A stretch of 64,000 nucleotides of DNA from an uncultured Nitrososphaerota archaeon (GTDB lineage: Archaea; Thermoproteota; Nitrososphaeria; Nitrososphaerales; CADDZS01), in assembly GCA_963799845.1 (NCBI GenBank), contig CAWCYI010000004.1, forward strand, positions 512,001 through 576,000, written 5' to 3'. The notes below the pieces were generated by a model, which searched no databases, had not been told where the DNA came from, and worked only from the letters and a program-made list of their open reading frames with translations. The first letter of the stretch is position 1, and each line of letters begins with the position of its first letter. Shown here piece by piece: positions 41,922 through 51,785 of the stretch. The translations under genes and the position numbers were made by a program.

Positions 41922-44525
41922 TTAGAGCGTTGAGGAATATTTTTTCTTTTCAGTGTCGACAGATTTTCGCTTGATCACTGCCTGAGCCGACGCAAGACGG
42001 GCGATAGGTACTCTGTAGGGCGAGCATGAAGTATAGTTTACTCCGACTTCGTTGATGAAGAATTCGATGCTCTCCGGATCTCCTCCGGTCTCTCCGCAAA
42101 CTCCCACTTCTAGTTTCGGATTTTGCAGACGTCCATCTTCGGTTGCGATCTTCATCAACCTACCTACTCCTTTCTTGTCGATTACTTCGAACGGATTGTT
42201 GGGAAGGATCTTCTCCTCCACGTACTTTACCAGAAACTTTCCCTCAGCGTCATCGCGAGACATACCGAACGTCATCTGGGTAAGGTCGTTTGTCCCGAAA
42301 GAGAAAAAGTCCGAGTATTTTGCGATCTCGCCGGCGGTAACAGCTGCCCGGGGAGTCTCGATCATCGTACCGACGGGAGAATCTGGGAGTATTCTCTTGA
42401 TCAGTTCACGAAGGCGGACGAGCTCGTTTGCTTCGGAAGTGAGGGGTAGCATGATCTCCGCCCTAACATCAATTCCCTTGGCCTCGACGGCGACCTTCGC
42501 TTCTGCGATAGCCTGGGCCTGCATCTCATAGATCTCTGGATATGTCATTCCAAGTCTGATCCCCCTGTGTCCGAGCATCGGGTTATCCTCCTTCAGGCTG
42601 GGAAGTTTCTTTGCAATCAATTCGCCGAGCTCGGGGCTCGCCGGTGCGTGGAGAAATTCGTGCTGCGGTAGGTCGAGCAATCGTATGACGACCGGACGCC
42701 CCTTCGCCGCCAGAAAAATATCGTAAAAGTCCCTCTTCTGGAATTCCTTCAATTTTTCGAGCCACTTTTTCCTCTCCTCAGTGCTCGAAGAAATAATCAT
42801 CCTCTGCACGAAAGGCAGGCGGATCTTTGCGTTGAACATCCTCTCCGTACGAACCAGACCAAAGCCCTCTGCGCTGAACTCGATCGCTTTCGCAACCATC
42901 GTGGGGGTATCCGCGTTGGCCCACACTCCAGTCTTCCTGAACTTGTCCGCAAGTCTGAGAAGTCTATCGAGATCGCCTGAAATTTCGGGATCCACGAGCG
43001 GCGCCGAACCCAGTATAACATCCCCCGTTCCACCGTCAATGGTGATGATATCACCCTCGTTGATCAGAACATCACCGGCCTGGGCAAAATTGTTTGATAT
43101 CAGCAGAGTCTCCGCCCCGACGACAGCAGGCTTACCCATCCCCCTAGCTACCACGGCAGCGTGGCATGTCTTCCCTCCCCTTTGGGTCAGGACACCCTGA
43201 CTCGCGATCATTCCGTGTATATCTTCTGGGGCGGTCTCTCTTCGGACAAGTATCACGCTCTCTCCCAGCTTTCCCAGCTCGGCAGCTTTGTTCGTGTCAA
43301 AGATAGCTTTTCCAACCGCTGCACCCGGGCTCGCTGCGATACCGCGAACCAGTATGTCAATGTGGGCTTCAGGATCAATATGTTTGTGAAGCACTTGATC
43401 GAGCGAAGCGGGATCGACTCTCATCACGGCCTCCTCCTCAGTTATTGTACCTTCACTGACCATGTCGAGTACTATTTTCACGGCAGCCTGTGCAGTCCTC
43501 TTTCCCGTCCTTGTCTGCAGCATCCACAATTTTCCGTTTTCCACGGTAAATTCAAAATCCTGCATATCGCGGTAGTGCTTCTCAAGAAGCCCGCTGATTC
43601 GGGAGAGTTGCCCGTAGAGGTCCGGCATGCTTTCTTCGATCTCCTCAATCGAAAACGGCGTCCTGGCGCCTGAGACCACGTCCTCGCCCTGTGCATTTAT
43701 CAAAAATTCCGCAAAGAGTTTTTTCTCGCCGGTGCTCGGATTTCTGGTGAATCCGACGCCCGAGCCAGAGTTGTCTCCGGTGTTTCCGAACACCATCGCG
43801 ATAATGCCGACTGCGGTTCCCATCTTGTCGTCGATTTTGTAAAAGCGTCTGTACTCAATCGCGCGCTTACCATTCCACGATTGGAGCACGGCTTCGATCG
43901 CCCGCCGCAGCTGGTCTTTCGGATCGCTGGGAAACTCTCGGCCGGTTTCTTCTCTGAACAGTGCCTTAAAGTCGCGGACAAGATCTTTCAGATCACTAGA
44001 ATCGAGCTCGACGTCGCTCTTGACCCCCTTCGATTTCTTTTTCTTCTCGATGAGGTCCTCGAATTTGTTGCCGTCGATCCTCTCCACGATCTTTCCATAC
44101 ATCTGAATAAATCGGCGGTACGCGTCGTAAGCAAACCTCTCATTGCCAGTCGAGGTCTGGAGATATTGCACCACCTCATCATTTAAGCCGAGGTTCAGGA
44201 TGGTGTCCATCATTCCGGGCATCGAAAGGGGCGCTCCACTGCGAACCGATACAAGAAGTGATTTGCCAAACTTCTTGTCTGTCCTTTCCTCGACTACTCT
44301 CAATTTTGTCAGGACTGTCGGCATGAGATCCTCCGGAAATTTCATGCCACTCTCGTAGTATTCAGAACAGACTCGCGTCGAAATTATGATGCCAGGAGGA
44401 ACCGGTAGTCCCGCGTGAGTCATCTCGACGAGGCCGTGTCCTTTGCCGCCGAGGACGTCTTTTCCTAGGCCGTAGGCCTCTTCCAGAAGATATACATTCT
44501 CAGAAAGAGCAGTCTGAGTCGTCAA
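41922..44525 (-). CDS. ppdK: Pyruvate phosphate dikinase
   Basis: LGGKG, LLVSVRSGA..SMPGMMDTILNLG, NAQGEDVV, GGKTCHAAVVARG, FSFGTNDLTQMT. Confidence 0.96.
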   Translation of the reverse strand: MTTQTALSENVYLLEEAYGLGKDVLGGKGHGLVEMTHAGLPVPPGIIISTRVCSEYYESGMKFPEDLMPTVLTKLRVVEERTDKKFGKSLLVSVRSGAPLSMPGMMDTILNLGLNDEVVQYLQTSTGNERFAYDAYRRFIQMYGKIVERIDGNKFEDLIEKKKKSKGVKSDVELDSSDLKDLVRDFKALFREETGREFPSDPKDQLRRAIEAVLQSWNGKRAIEYRRFYKIDDKMGTAVGIIAMVFGNTGDNSGSGVGFTRNPSTGEKKLFAEFLINAQGEDVVSGARTPFSIEEIEESMPDLYGQLSRISGLLEKHYRDMQDFEFTVENGKLWMLQTRTGKRTAQAAVKIVLDMVSEGTITEEEAVMRVDPASLDQVLHKHIDPEAHIDILVRGIAASPGAAVGKAIFDTNKAAELGKLGESVILVRRETAPEDIHGMIASQGVLTQRGGKTCHAAVVARGMGKPAVVGAETLLISNNFAQAGDVLINEGDIITIDGGTGDVILGSAPLVDPEISGDLDRLLRLADKFRKTGVWANADTPTMVAKAIEFSAEGFGLVRTERMFNAKIRLPFVQRMIISSSTEERKKWLEKLKEFQKRDFYDIFLAAKGRPVVIRLLDLPQHEFLHAPASPELGELIAKKLPSLKEDNPMLGHRGIRLGMTYPEIYEMQAQAIAEAKVAVEAKGIDVRAEIMLPLTSEANELVRLRELIKRILPDSPVGTMIETPRAAVTAGEIAKYSDFFSFGTNDLTQMTFGMSRDDAEGKFLVKYVEEKILPNNPFEVIDKKGVGRLMKIATEDGRLQNPKLEVGVCGETGGDPESIEFFINEVGVNYTSCSPYRVPIARLASAQAVIKRKSVDTEKKKYSSTL

Positions 44526-44964
44526 AATGCAATACCGGTAGTATTTTCTCTTACTGCTCTATATTTAGGTACCTTTTGTGTAAGTAGGATTCCTCTAGAA
44601 CTTCCATAAAACGGGCAAAAGACGCGAAAATTTTTCCATTCGATGATTTCGGCGAAGAACACGGCGAGGGAATGTATCTGAAATCTAATAGAACGATTTA
44701 TTCAACGCCGGATTGAATCCGGGAAACCGATCTACCGAAATTTAAAACCCTTCAAACCATTCGACGACAGTTAGCAAGGAATCCTAATGGACGGTTAACA
44801 GAGCCAAGAATTCAGTTGATTCGCAACTTTGCGTTTTCGAAGGGTCTTCCTGTTCTTCTTCTCGTACCTTTGGTTTTTTTTGCTTCCCAATGTAATTGTT
44901 TAACCTTTATTGATTTATTATGCAATTTTTACCCTGTTCTACACGGGAGCGCAATTCTGCGTAC

Positions 44965-45122
44965 CGAAGAGCTCATTTCAAGCCATTGTAAAGTGGGGGG
45001 CCCTCTTGGTGGAGCTCCGCATCCGCGCGTATGAACTCGTAGATTTATTTTCTAGCAGCTCGTTTCAAGCTCCGTTTGATTGAAACAGCTACTTCTTGGC
45101 TATCAGATCGATCGCAGCTCAA
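44965..45122 (+). repeat. AGCT-rich non-coding element, partial copy
   Basis: Homologous to the reverse complement of 63125-63255 (gggccc...cagctcgtttc.agct...attgaaacagct...ctatc) and of 63404-63423 (gaagagctc.tttcaagc). Confidence 0.7.
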
Positions 45123-45273
45123 GGAACTACTGAGCACCAGATTCGTCAGGTATCCTATTCCCTCACACCACCCAAGATCACAACCAGATCTCCCCTCGTG
45201 ACGTGAAAACTCCCAGATCAAGACAAAATTCGTAAATATCCGTTGATATTAAGATATTAGCTGATTTTTAATA

Positions 45274-46008
45274 ATGTCCCAGCAGTGCGAGGTCTGCGAG
45301 TGCGCGGACGACTCCTGCGAGCCGTGCAAGAGCCAAGCTTGCCTCCAGAAAAACTGCTACTCCTGCTGCTGCGTAGAGTCACACAGCGAGTGGAGGAAGC
45401 GGAGAATCCACCGCGGATTGCAGATCGAATATCTCAGCGTCGTCTGGATGCTGGTCGAAGTCGTAGGAGCCTTCGCCGCGGGAATCGCTGCTTCAAGCTT
45501 CGCTTTACTTGCCTTCGGGTCTGATTCCGTGATCGAACTGGCATCAGCTTTCGTGGTGTTAAGGCATCTTAGGATAGACGACTCCGGTTCGAACGCTCAG
45601 GGCGAAAGGACGGCACTGCTGACGAGCATACTTTTGATCTCAATCGTTCCGGTGATCGGTATAGGTTCGACGTACGCCTATTTTGTATTGAAAATTCATC
45701 CTCAACCGTCAGTTATAGGCATCGCTATCGCACTCGGTTCCGTGATAATAATGCCGATCCTCTGGCGCGAAAAGAGTAAGATCGGCCGCGAGACAGGTTG
45801 TCTTCCGTTGTCTATCGACGCGATGGAATCCGCAGCGTGCTTTCTCATGGCGCTCGCGCTGCTCGGTGGACTAGTTGGAGAGTACCTCTTCAAATTAGGT
45901 TGGCTGGACTACGCCGCGACTCTCGTAATCCTGGGCTTTGTAGCCTTCGAGGCAAAGGAATCATTCGAAGAGGCTAGAAATCACTTTGTCAACTTTGTTA
46001 GGAAGTAG
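45274..46008 (+). CDS. Cation transporter (CDF/TMEM163-like) with Cys-rich N-terminus
   Basis: LSVVWMLVE, SFALLAFGSDSVIE, LSIDAMES, WLDYAA; 10 Cys in the first 33 aa. Confidence 0.85.
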   Translation: MSQQCEVCECADDSCEPCKSQACLQKNCYSCCCVESHSEWRKRRIHRGLQIEYLSVVWMLVEVVGAFAAGIAASSFALLAFGSDSVIELASAFVVLRHLRIDDSGSNAQGERTALLTSILLISIVPVIGIGSTYAYFVLKIHPQPSVIGIAIALGSVIIMPILWREKSKIGRETGCLPLSIDAMESAACFLMALALLGGLVGEYLFKLGWLDYAATLVILGFVAFEAKESFEEARNHFVNFVRK

Positions 46009-46165
46009 ATTCTCAGGAAATAACCGGGGGACTCATTAGAGCTTTGCGGACTGGATTTCCACTTTTTTTCATCATTTCGTCGATCAAGCCAAAGGACAAG
46101 CCCGTGGCGGTCACGACATGAATTAAGACGCAATAATTTTTAGGCAAACGCGGTACTATTTCGAT

Positions 46166-47202
46166 TCTCTTTTCCGACAATTATTTCGCAAGCTGGTAAA
46201 CAGGAGTAGACTGGGAGAGTTTTGGAAGAGCGTAACAAAGCGTTACGAGAAACATGTGCCCGCGAAGCTTGATAGCGACAAGATCAGTTACCTCTTCAGA
46301 GCTAGAGAAAGGGGCGAGACCTGCGCAAACATTGCTCTCCAGCTCGGGGTGTCAAAGAGGAGGGTTGAGCAGATACTTGCCCAGCATAGGAAAGGTGGGG
46401 GTGTGCCTCTCCTCCTCAAGAAACCAGGAAGGAAAAGCATTCCAATTACCGACGAGGAAACTTCGCTCGTCATTGATGCTTATCAGAGATATAGGGCAAA
46501 CGCCCTCTACCTTGAACGAAAGATCGAGTGCGATAGCAAGATTCACATCAACCACAACAGGATACACAGGGTGCTCCTGATGAACTCCTTTGCGTCAAAC
46601 TCTAGGAAGAAGTGGATAAGGAGAAAGTGGGTCAGATACGAGAGGGAACACTCGAATTCATTATGGCATACGGACTGGCACGAGGTAAAGGATCCGAGGT
46701 GGAAGGGCAAGTGGCTCACCTGCTATGAAGATGATGCTTCTCGTCTCATTACCGGATTTGGGGTCCATGAAACGCTGACCTCGGAGTACTCTGTTTCCTG
46801 TCTTGAGAGCGCCATGAAGGAACACGGCAAACCTGCATCGATCCTATCCGACCACGGAACCACATTTTACACGATGGAATCTGAGAGGAGGGAGAAGGGG
46901 ATGACAGAATTCGAGAGGTGTCTCTTGAAGCACAAGATAAGATTCATCCTCGGAAGAGTCAACCACCCCCAGACGAACGGCAAGATCGAGAAGTTCTTCG
47001 ACATATTCGAGAGTAAGATCAAGTGGTTCTCCTCGATAGATGAGTTCATGAAGTGGTACAATGAAGTGAGGCCTCATGGAGCCCTTGACCTCAAGACGCC
47101 AACCCAGGCTTACTACGAGAAGATGCCGCAGTTAGATGCTCTTGAATATCCTTTGTCTATGGAGGTCTCCTGACAGATGCGAAATGATTTCTGGAAAAAA
47201 CA
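46166..47202 (+). mobile_element. Complete IS481-family insertion sequence (1037 bp)
   Basis: 25-bp imperfect terminal IRs (19/25 matches) at 46166-46190 and 47178-47202; flanked by the 14-bp direct repeat ggtactatttcgat (46152-46165, 47203-47216). Confidence 0.9.
46256..47173 (+). CDS. IS481-family DDE transposase
   Basis: N-terminal HTH; LWHTDW, ILSDHG, PQTNGKIEKF, YNEVRPHGAL. Confidence 0.95.
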   Translation: MPAKLDSDKISYLFRARERGETCANIALQLGVSKRRVEQILAQHRKGGGVPLLLKKPGRKSIPITDEETSLVIDAYQRYRANALYLERKIECDSKIHINHNRIHRVLLMNSFASNSRKKWIRRKWVRYEREHSNSLWHTDWHEVKDPRWKGKWLTCYEDDASRLITGFGVHETLTSEYSVSCLESAMKEHGKPASILSDHGTTFYTMESERREKGMTEFERCLLKHKIRFILGRVNHPQTNGKIEKFFDIFESKIKWFSSIDEFMKWYNEVRPHGALDLKTPTQAYYEKMPQLDALEYPLSMEVS

Positions 47203-47254
47203 GGTACTATTTCGATAATAAAATCAATATAGGTCCCTCCTTCACGAGTGATCC

Positions 47255-47623
47255 ATGAGTGACGATAAAGAACTACGAGAATTGCTTGCAGATAGTATAG
47301 ATGCGGTAAAGGAATTATTAGAGGAATACGACGCTACTATAGCGGTCTATGCGAAACGAGAAACGGGAACAACTGAAGAAATTCGCGATGCAAGATTAAA
47401 TCGAGAGTTATTCATTGAATCCCGATTCAATCTCTCGAATACATTAACTGTTTTGAGCTTGTTAGAATTGTTTGTCGATAGCTTTTCTAAGAAAATCGGA
47501 AGCTTATCCGAAAATGCCGATAAAGTCCGAGAACTCCTTGAGAAGATGAACCTCGAAATCGACAAGGCAACGGAACGCTCTCAGGAGAGGCGAAGCAATT
47601 TATCGCTAGGTCTTCACCATTAG
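47255..47623 (+). CDS. Hypothetical helical protein
   Basis: ATG after GAGTGA, acidic amphipathic helices. Confidence 0.65.
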   Translation: MSDDKELRELLADSIDAVKELLEEYDATIAVYAKRETGTTEEIRDARLNRELFIESRFNLSNTLTVLSLLELFVDSFSKKIGSLSENADKVRELLEKMNLEIDKATERSQERRSNLSLGLHH

Positions 47624-47629
47624 CGTTTC

Positions 47630-48403
47630 CTACTTTGTCAACTTTGCGAAACGATGATCCTGGGACTTCCAGACCTCGATGCCCGCTCGGTTTGCGGCGG
47701 CGAGGACATTGTCGTTTATCCGAAAGCAGACGATTGCGGTCCTCACCTTTGTCGGCACGTGGTCTCTTTCAAATCCTGCAGCGAGCCGAAGTATCTGTCC
47801 AACCGCAGAATCGTTTGCCTGCCGCTCGACCTCAACCATTAGAAACGAGCCGCGTGAGTCCGTGAAAAGAAGATCAGTCTTGCCGGTAGGTGTCGTCTGC
47901 TCGGAAGAATGGAATACAAGGCCAGGTTCTAGCTTTTCCGGATCGCTCCTGAGAGTTTCCATGAGCGTCTCCTCCATCTCCCCCGGCAGCTCGACCAAAT
48001 TTGGGAGTGAACCCTTCAAAAATGAAATCCCGTCAAGAAGGCTGTAGTAACGTTCTCCGACCTTGCATGGAAAAACGTACACCGGCCTCGCATCTCCACC
48101 GTCACCCAGCTCACTCACCAGAAGGACCGGCGTATTCTGGAGGTTTAGTTTCTTTGATCCAGAGATCGGCAGCGTATTCCCACCGGAAGCGACGACCGAC
48201 CCGCGTGCTTGAGGCTTTATCCTTCGGATCTCCTCGACGGCGCGCTTCATATCCTGTATGGGGATCTTTGATCTCTCTAACAGGGACACGCGAACGTCGC
48301 GTGACTCTAACTTCGAGACTTCGGCCAAGACGGACTCTAGTTGTTTAGTTCCGCCAGAGTTCTTGTCGTAAAATGCCGCGATCTCGAGCAACTGGTAGAA
48401 CAA
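47630..48403 (-). CDS. Protein with NucS/EndoMS-like C-terminal PD-(D/E)xK domain
   Basis: PEKLEPGL...GKTDLLFTDSRGSFLMVEVE...AVGQIL; non-NucS N-terminus. Confidence 0.75.
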   Translation of the reverse strand: MFYQLLEIAAFYDKNSGGTKQLESVLAEVSKLESRDVRVSLLERSKIPIQDMKRAVEEIRRIKPQARGSVVASGGNTLPISGSKKLNLQNTPVLLVSELGDGGDARPVYVFPCKVGERYYSLLDGISFLKGSLPNLVELPGEMEETLMETLRSDPEKLEPGLVFHSSEQTTPTGKTDLLFTDSRGSFLMVEVERQANDSAVGQILRLAAGFERDHVPTKVRTAIVCFRINDNVLAAANRAGIEVWKSQDHRFAKLTK

Positions 48404-48531
48404 CTTTCAATTCTCGTTATATGCGTGATGCATCCAGAGTATTCAGAATCGCTATCGCAGATTCATCCCGCTTATTAGAGAAAAATGCAGCTTGTGAGTG
48501 CAATCATCTTTTTCTGAGTTGAAACCACCTG

Positions 48532-48867
48532 GTGCTGGATTCTTACTTTGCCGCAGCAAGACAGAGGAGGTCTCGCCTAGAGATCAAGATCACCATTTTG
48601 GACGCTATCTCGCATGGAAACCAACGGTTGGCGCACATCATGTATTACGCGAAACTGCCGCCAAGAATGTGTGGGAGCATCGTTCGTACGATGGAACAGC
48701 AGGGCCTTATCGAGATATTACCTCCCGAGGAAGGTCGGAAGATAAAGCGCTACGCCCTAACCGAGCGGGGAAAGAGGGCGCTCGACTCCTACGTCGCGAT
48801 AATCAAACAGCTGCAACTCGAATCTCTGGAAGAAGCTCCGCTGACCATCGAAGCTCGAAAAAACTGA
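48532..48867 (+). CDS. Archaeal winged-helix regulator (HTH_45-like)
   Basis: RRSRLEIKITIL...HIMYYAKL...YALTERG. Confidence 0.9.
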   Translation: MLDSYFAAARQRRSRLEIKITILDAISHGNQRLAHIMYYAKLPPRMCGSIVRTMEQQGLIEILPPEEGRKIKRYALTERGKRALDSYVAIIKQLQLESLEEAPLTIEARKN

Positions 48868-48894
48868 AATCTATCTGTCCCTCAAGATATTTGA

Positions 48895-49464
48895 ATGGCA
48901 ACTGATCGAATATTCTGCCGGTTCAACCGTGGTAGATCCACTACGACCGGCAAGTTCGATGAAAGCCCGATGTCGCTCAGGGAAATTCCACCGGGCGGTC
49001 TATGCCTCTCCGCATTTCTTGTTCTCCGCGACGAAGACGGCAGAGTCCTGATGGGGAAGATCGATACGGAAGCGCCTTGGGATCATCTGGGTGCCCTGGA
49101 TCCTAAAAGAATCGAACTGCACCGAAAAGGATGGATGCTGCCGTCTTCTCACCTGATCGTCCACGAATCTCCTAGGGAAGCGGCAACAAGGATCGCTAAA
49201 GAGCAACTGGATCTGGATGAGCTTGCTTTATCAGAACCGAAGGTCGTTTCCGAAGTTTACCCGCCGAAATATTTTCCGGATATTGACGAGCATTGGGACA
49301 TCGAGTTCATCTTTTCTTCTGTTATCCCGAAAGAGGAAATCCCCACGAAAACGAGCGCATTCAGAGAAATCAAGATGCTTGATCCAAGGATGACGAAGAA
49401 ATCCGAGATAGCGAGATCTCACGAAGACGTACTCGCTTCCGCAGGCATTGTTCTAACTTCTTGA
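48895..49464 (+). CDS. NUDIX-fold protein
   Basis: WMLPSSHLIVHESPREAATRIAKEQL, a degenerate Nudix box. Confidence 0.8.
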   Translation: MATDRIFCRFNRGRSTTTGKFDESPMSLREIPPGGLCLSAFLVLRDEDGRVLMGKIDTEAPWDHLGALDPKRIELHRKGWMLPSSHLIVHESPREAATRIAKEQLDLDELALSEPKVVSEVYPPKYFPDIDEHWDIEFIFSSVIPKEEIPTKTSAFREIKMLDPRMTKKSEIARSHEDVLASAGIVLTS

Positions 49465-51717
49465 AATAAGCGAGTGAACGATTTCAGGAGTAGCGGGCGC
49501 GAAGTTTATCTCAGATCCTCCGATGGCAGAAAGTGCGTCATTCAGAGCGTTGAATACTGCAGGATACGCAGCTATCGTCCCGCTCTCTCCGGCTCCCCGA
49601 GCTCCGTTGAGCGTGATCTTTGATGGAGTTTCTATGTGGTACACTTCAATGTCGGGGCTTTCCATCGACGACGGGATCAGATAGTCCATGAAGCTCGAAG
49701 TGAGTAGATGTCCTTCATGATCAAATACAAGTTCTTCGTAAATTGCGCCTCCGATCCCGTGTATGACACCGCCGTGGATCTGTCCATCGACTATCGCCAT
49801 GTTAATCACGCGGCCAGCATCATCCACCGCCACATACCTTTTGATCGCAATCTTTCCTGTCTCACGATCTAAGACAAGGGCGCAGAGATGTGCACCGCTT
49901 GCGAAGGTTGGAGCGCTCATCCTAAACTCGGTACTCGAAGAGATTTCGGTAACGCCTAACTTCGCAAAAAGATCTCCGATCGTCATCGAATCTCCAGAAG
50001 AACGTATCGCGCCACCGCGAAAATCAAATTGAAACTCATCTCCCATGACCTTCGACGCGTTCTCGACAAGTTGAGCCTTCAACTTTCGTGCAACCTCCAC
50101 AGCCGCGCTCCCCCCTGCTGCAATTGAGCGACTACCGAATGTCCCGGTTCCAAGCGGGATCAGATCGGTGTCCCCGTATACGACCCGGACCTTTTCGAGT
50201 GGAACGTCCATCTCCTGAGAGACTAGTTGCGCCAGCGTGGTCTCAAGCCCTTGACCATGCGGGGACGACCCGGTGAAAAGGACTAGAAATCCCCGTGCAT
50301 CCATGACGAGCTTGGCCGTCTCCGTAAATTGAGATCCAGTGTCCTCAATCTCGGTGCAAATTCCCAAACCCGCAACTCCACTGGAATTTTTCTCTAGTGA
50401 CTCGCGGTTGAATTTCTCTCTCCATTCGACCATCTCGCTATAGTCGCCGGATTTTTCAAGCGTGTCGAGAAGGAGTGGATAGTTCGCGCTGTCGTAGATG
50501 AAACCGGCCCCGTTGTCATACGGAAATTCTTCCGGCAGGATGATGTTTCTCCGTCGGAGCTCGACCGGATTGATCTTGAGCTCTTTGGCCATAATGTCAA
50601 CCGCTCTCTCGATGAAAAAGCAAGCTTCCGGCCTACCCGCTCCGCGCACTGGACCAGATGCCGCCTTGTTGGTCACGTAGACCGCCGCCTTCAGGTCGAG
50701 ATTTGGAATCCTGTAAGCGCCGGGGAGCAATCTGAGCGTCAATCCCGCCATGACACTAAGCGTGCCGGAAATCCCGGCATCTGTTTCGATATTCGCACGA
50801 AGAGCCACAAATTTTCCCTCGGCATCGCACGCAAGCTCAATATCGCAGTATTCGTCGCGGCCCGGTGCGGTCTCAAGGAGATCTTCGGTCCGCGTGGACA
50901 CCCATTTTACAGGTAGGCCGGTCATCCGTGAAAATATGCATGCGAGCGCATTCTCGGGGTTTGACTGCGCGCCCTTTGATCCAAAACCACCACCCACGTC
51001 CTTCACGATAACGTGAAACTTTTCCTTCGGCATCTTCAACTCCTGGGAAAGATAGATCTGCAGCCTGTTGGCAGACTGGACGGTCGCGTGGACCTCAAAG
51101 ATTCCGCTTTCCGTATCGTATCTTGCAAGGACGGCCCTCGATTCGATCGGAGTTGCAGCCTGTCGTTTGATTCCCATCCTTTCTCTGACCACGTGCGCGG
51201 CCGATTTTATCGCGGCATCCGCGTTGCCCTTCTTCGACTCGGTCCTCAGTGCGACGTTCTCCTTCCATTGTTCGAAGAGTAGCGGATTGTTTCTCTTCGC
51301 TTCTTCGATAGTTGTTATCGGCGGCAGCTCTTCGTATTCTACCTCGACGTCGTCTATCAAATCTTCCGCCGCGTACCTGCTTTTTGCCACGAGTGCGGCG
51401 ACGGCTTCCCCAACGTAGAGGGCTTTGTCTGCCGGCAGGTGGTAGCGGTTTGCTGGTTTTTGCATTGGGAACTGGACGAGCGGCGAGACGTCAAGCTTCA
51501 AGAGCTCCTCACCGGTCAGGGAAGCGATGAAATCGGGTGATTGCGCTGCTTTCGAGAAATCAATCTTCTTGATCTTAGCGTGCGCGTAAGGGCTCCTAAT
51601 TATTCCAAGATATGCCTGGTTTTCGAACTTTATGTCATCAACGTAGGTGCCGGCACCCGTTATCAGTCGAGCGTCTTCTACCCTGCCTTTTGGTTGCTGC
51701 TGATTTTCTCGATCCAT
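49453..51717 (-). CDS. Xanthine oxidase family molybdopterin-binding subunit (CoxL/CutA-like)
   Basis: RVEDARLITGAGTYVDD, DVGGGFGSK, VRGAGRPEA, HGQGLET, GTFGSRS, GAGESG; lacks the form I AYXCSFR motif. Confidence 0.93.
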   Translation of the reverse strand: MDRENQQQPKGRVEDARLITGAGTYVDDIKFENQAYLGIIRSPYAHAKIKKIDFSKAAQSPDFIASLTGEELLKLDVSPLVQFPMQKPANRYHLPADKALYVGEAVAALVAKSRYAAEDLIDDVEVEYEELPPITTIEEAKRNNPLLFEQWKENVALRTESKKGNADAAIKSAAHVVRERMGIKRQAATPIESRAVLARYDTESGIFEVHATVQSANRLQIYLSQELKMPKEKFHVIVKDVGGGFGSKGAQSNPENALACIFSRMTGLPVKWVSTRTEDLLETAPGRDEYCDIELACDAEGKFVALRANIETDAGISGTLSVMAGLTLRLLPGAYRIPNLDLKAAVYVTNKAASGPVRGAGRPEACFFIERAVDIMAKELKINPVELRRRNIILPEEFPYDNGAGFIYDSANYPLLLDTLEKSGDYSEMVEWREKFNRESLEKNSSGVAGLGICTEIEDTGSQFTETAKLVMDARGFLVLFTGSSPHGQGLETTLAQLVSQEMDVPLEKVRVVYGDTDLIPLGTGTFGSRSIAAGGSAAVEVARKLKAQLVENASKVMGDEFQFDFRGGAIRSSGDSMTIGDLFAKLGVTEISSSTEFRMSAPTFASGAHLCALVLDRETGKIAIKRYVAVDDAGRVINMAIVDGQIHGGVIHGIGGAIYEELVFDHEGHLLTSSFMDYLIPSSMESPDIEVYHIETPSKITLNGARGAGESGTIAAYPAVFNALNDALSAIGGSEINFAPATPEIVHSLISRS

Positions 51718-51785
51718 TCTGCCCCGTTCCTTTAGAAAAATAAAATTGGAAAAGTAAACTATTCCGAGACCTCATATGCCTTGTG

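Noticed and set aside
44870-45003. Replication origin (AT tract plus G-string)
   Set aside because: No clear ORB repeat (TTCCAxTGGAAA) and no orc1/cdc6 gene nearby; kept only as one hypothesis for the repeat family.
49453-51717. Form I aerobic CO dehydrogenase
   Set aside because: The active-site loop is VRGAGR, not AYXCSFR, and no coxM/coxS genes are adjacent.
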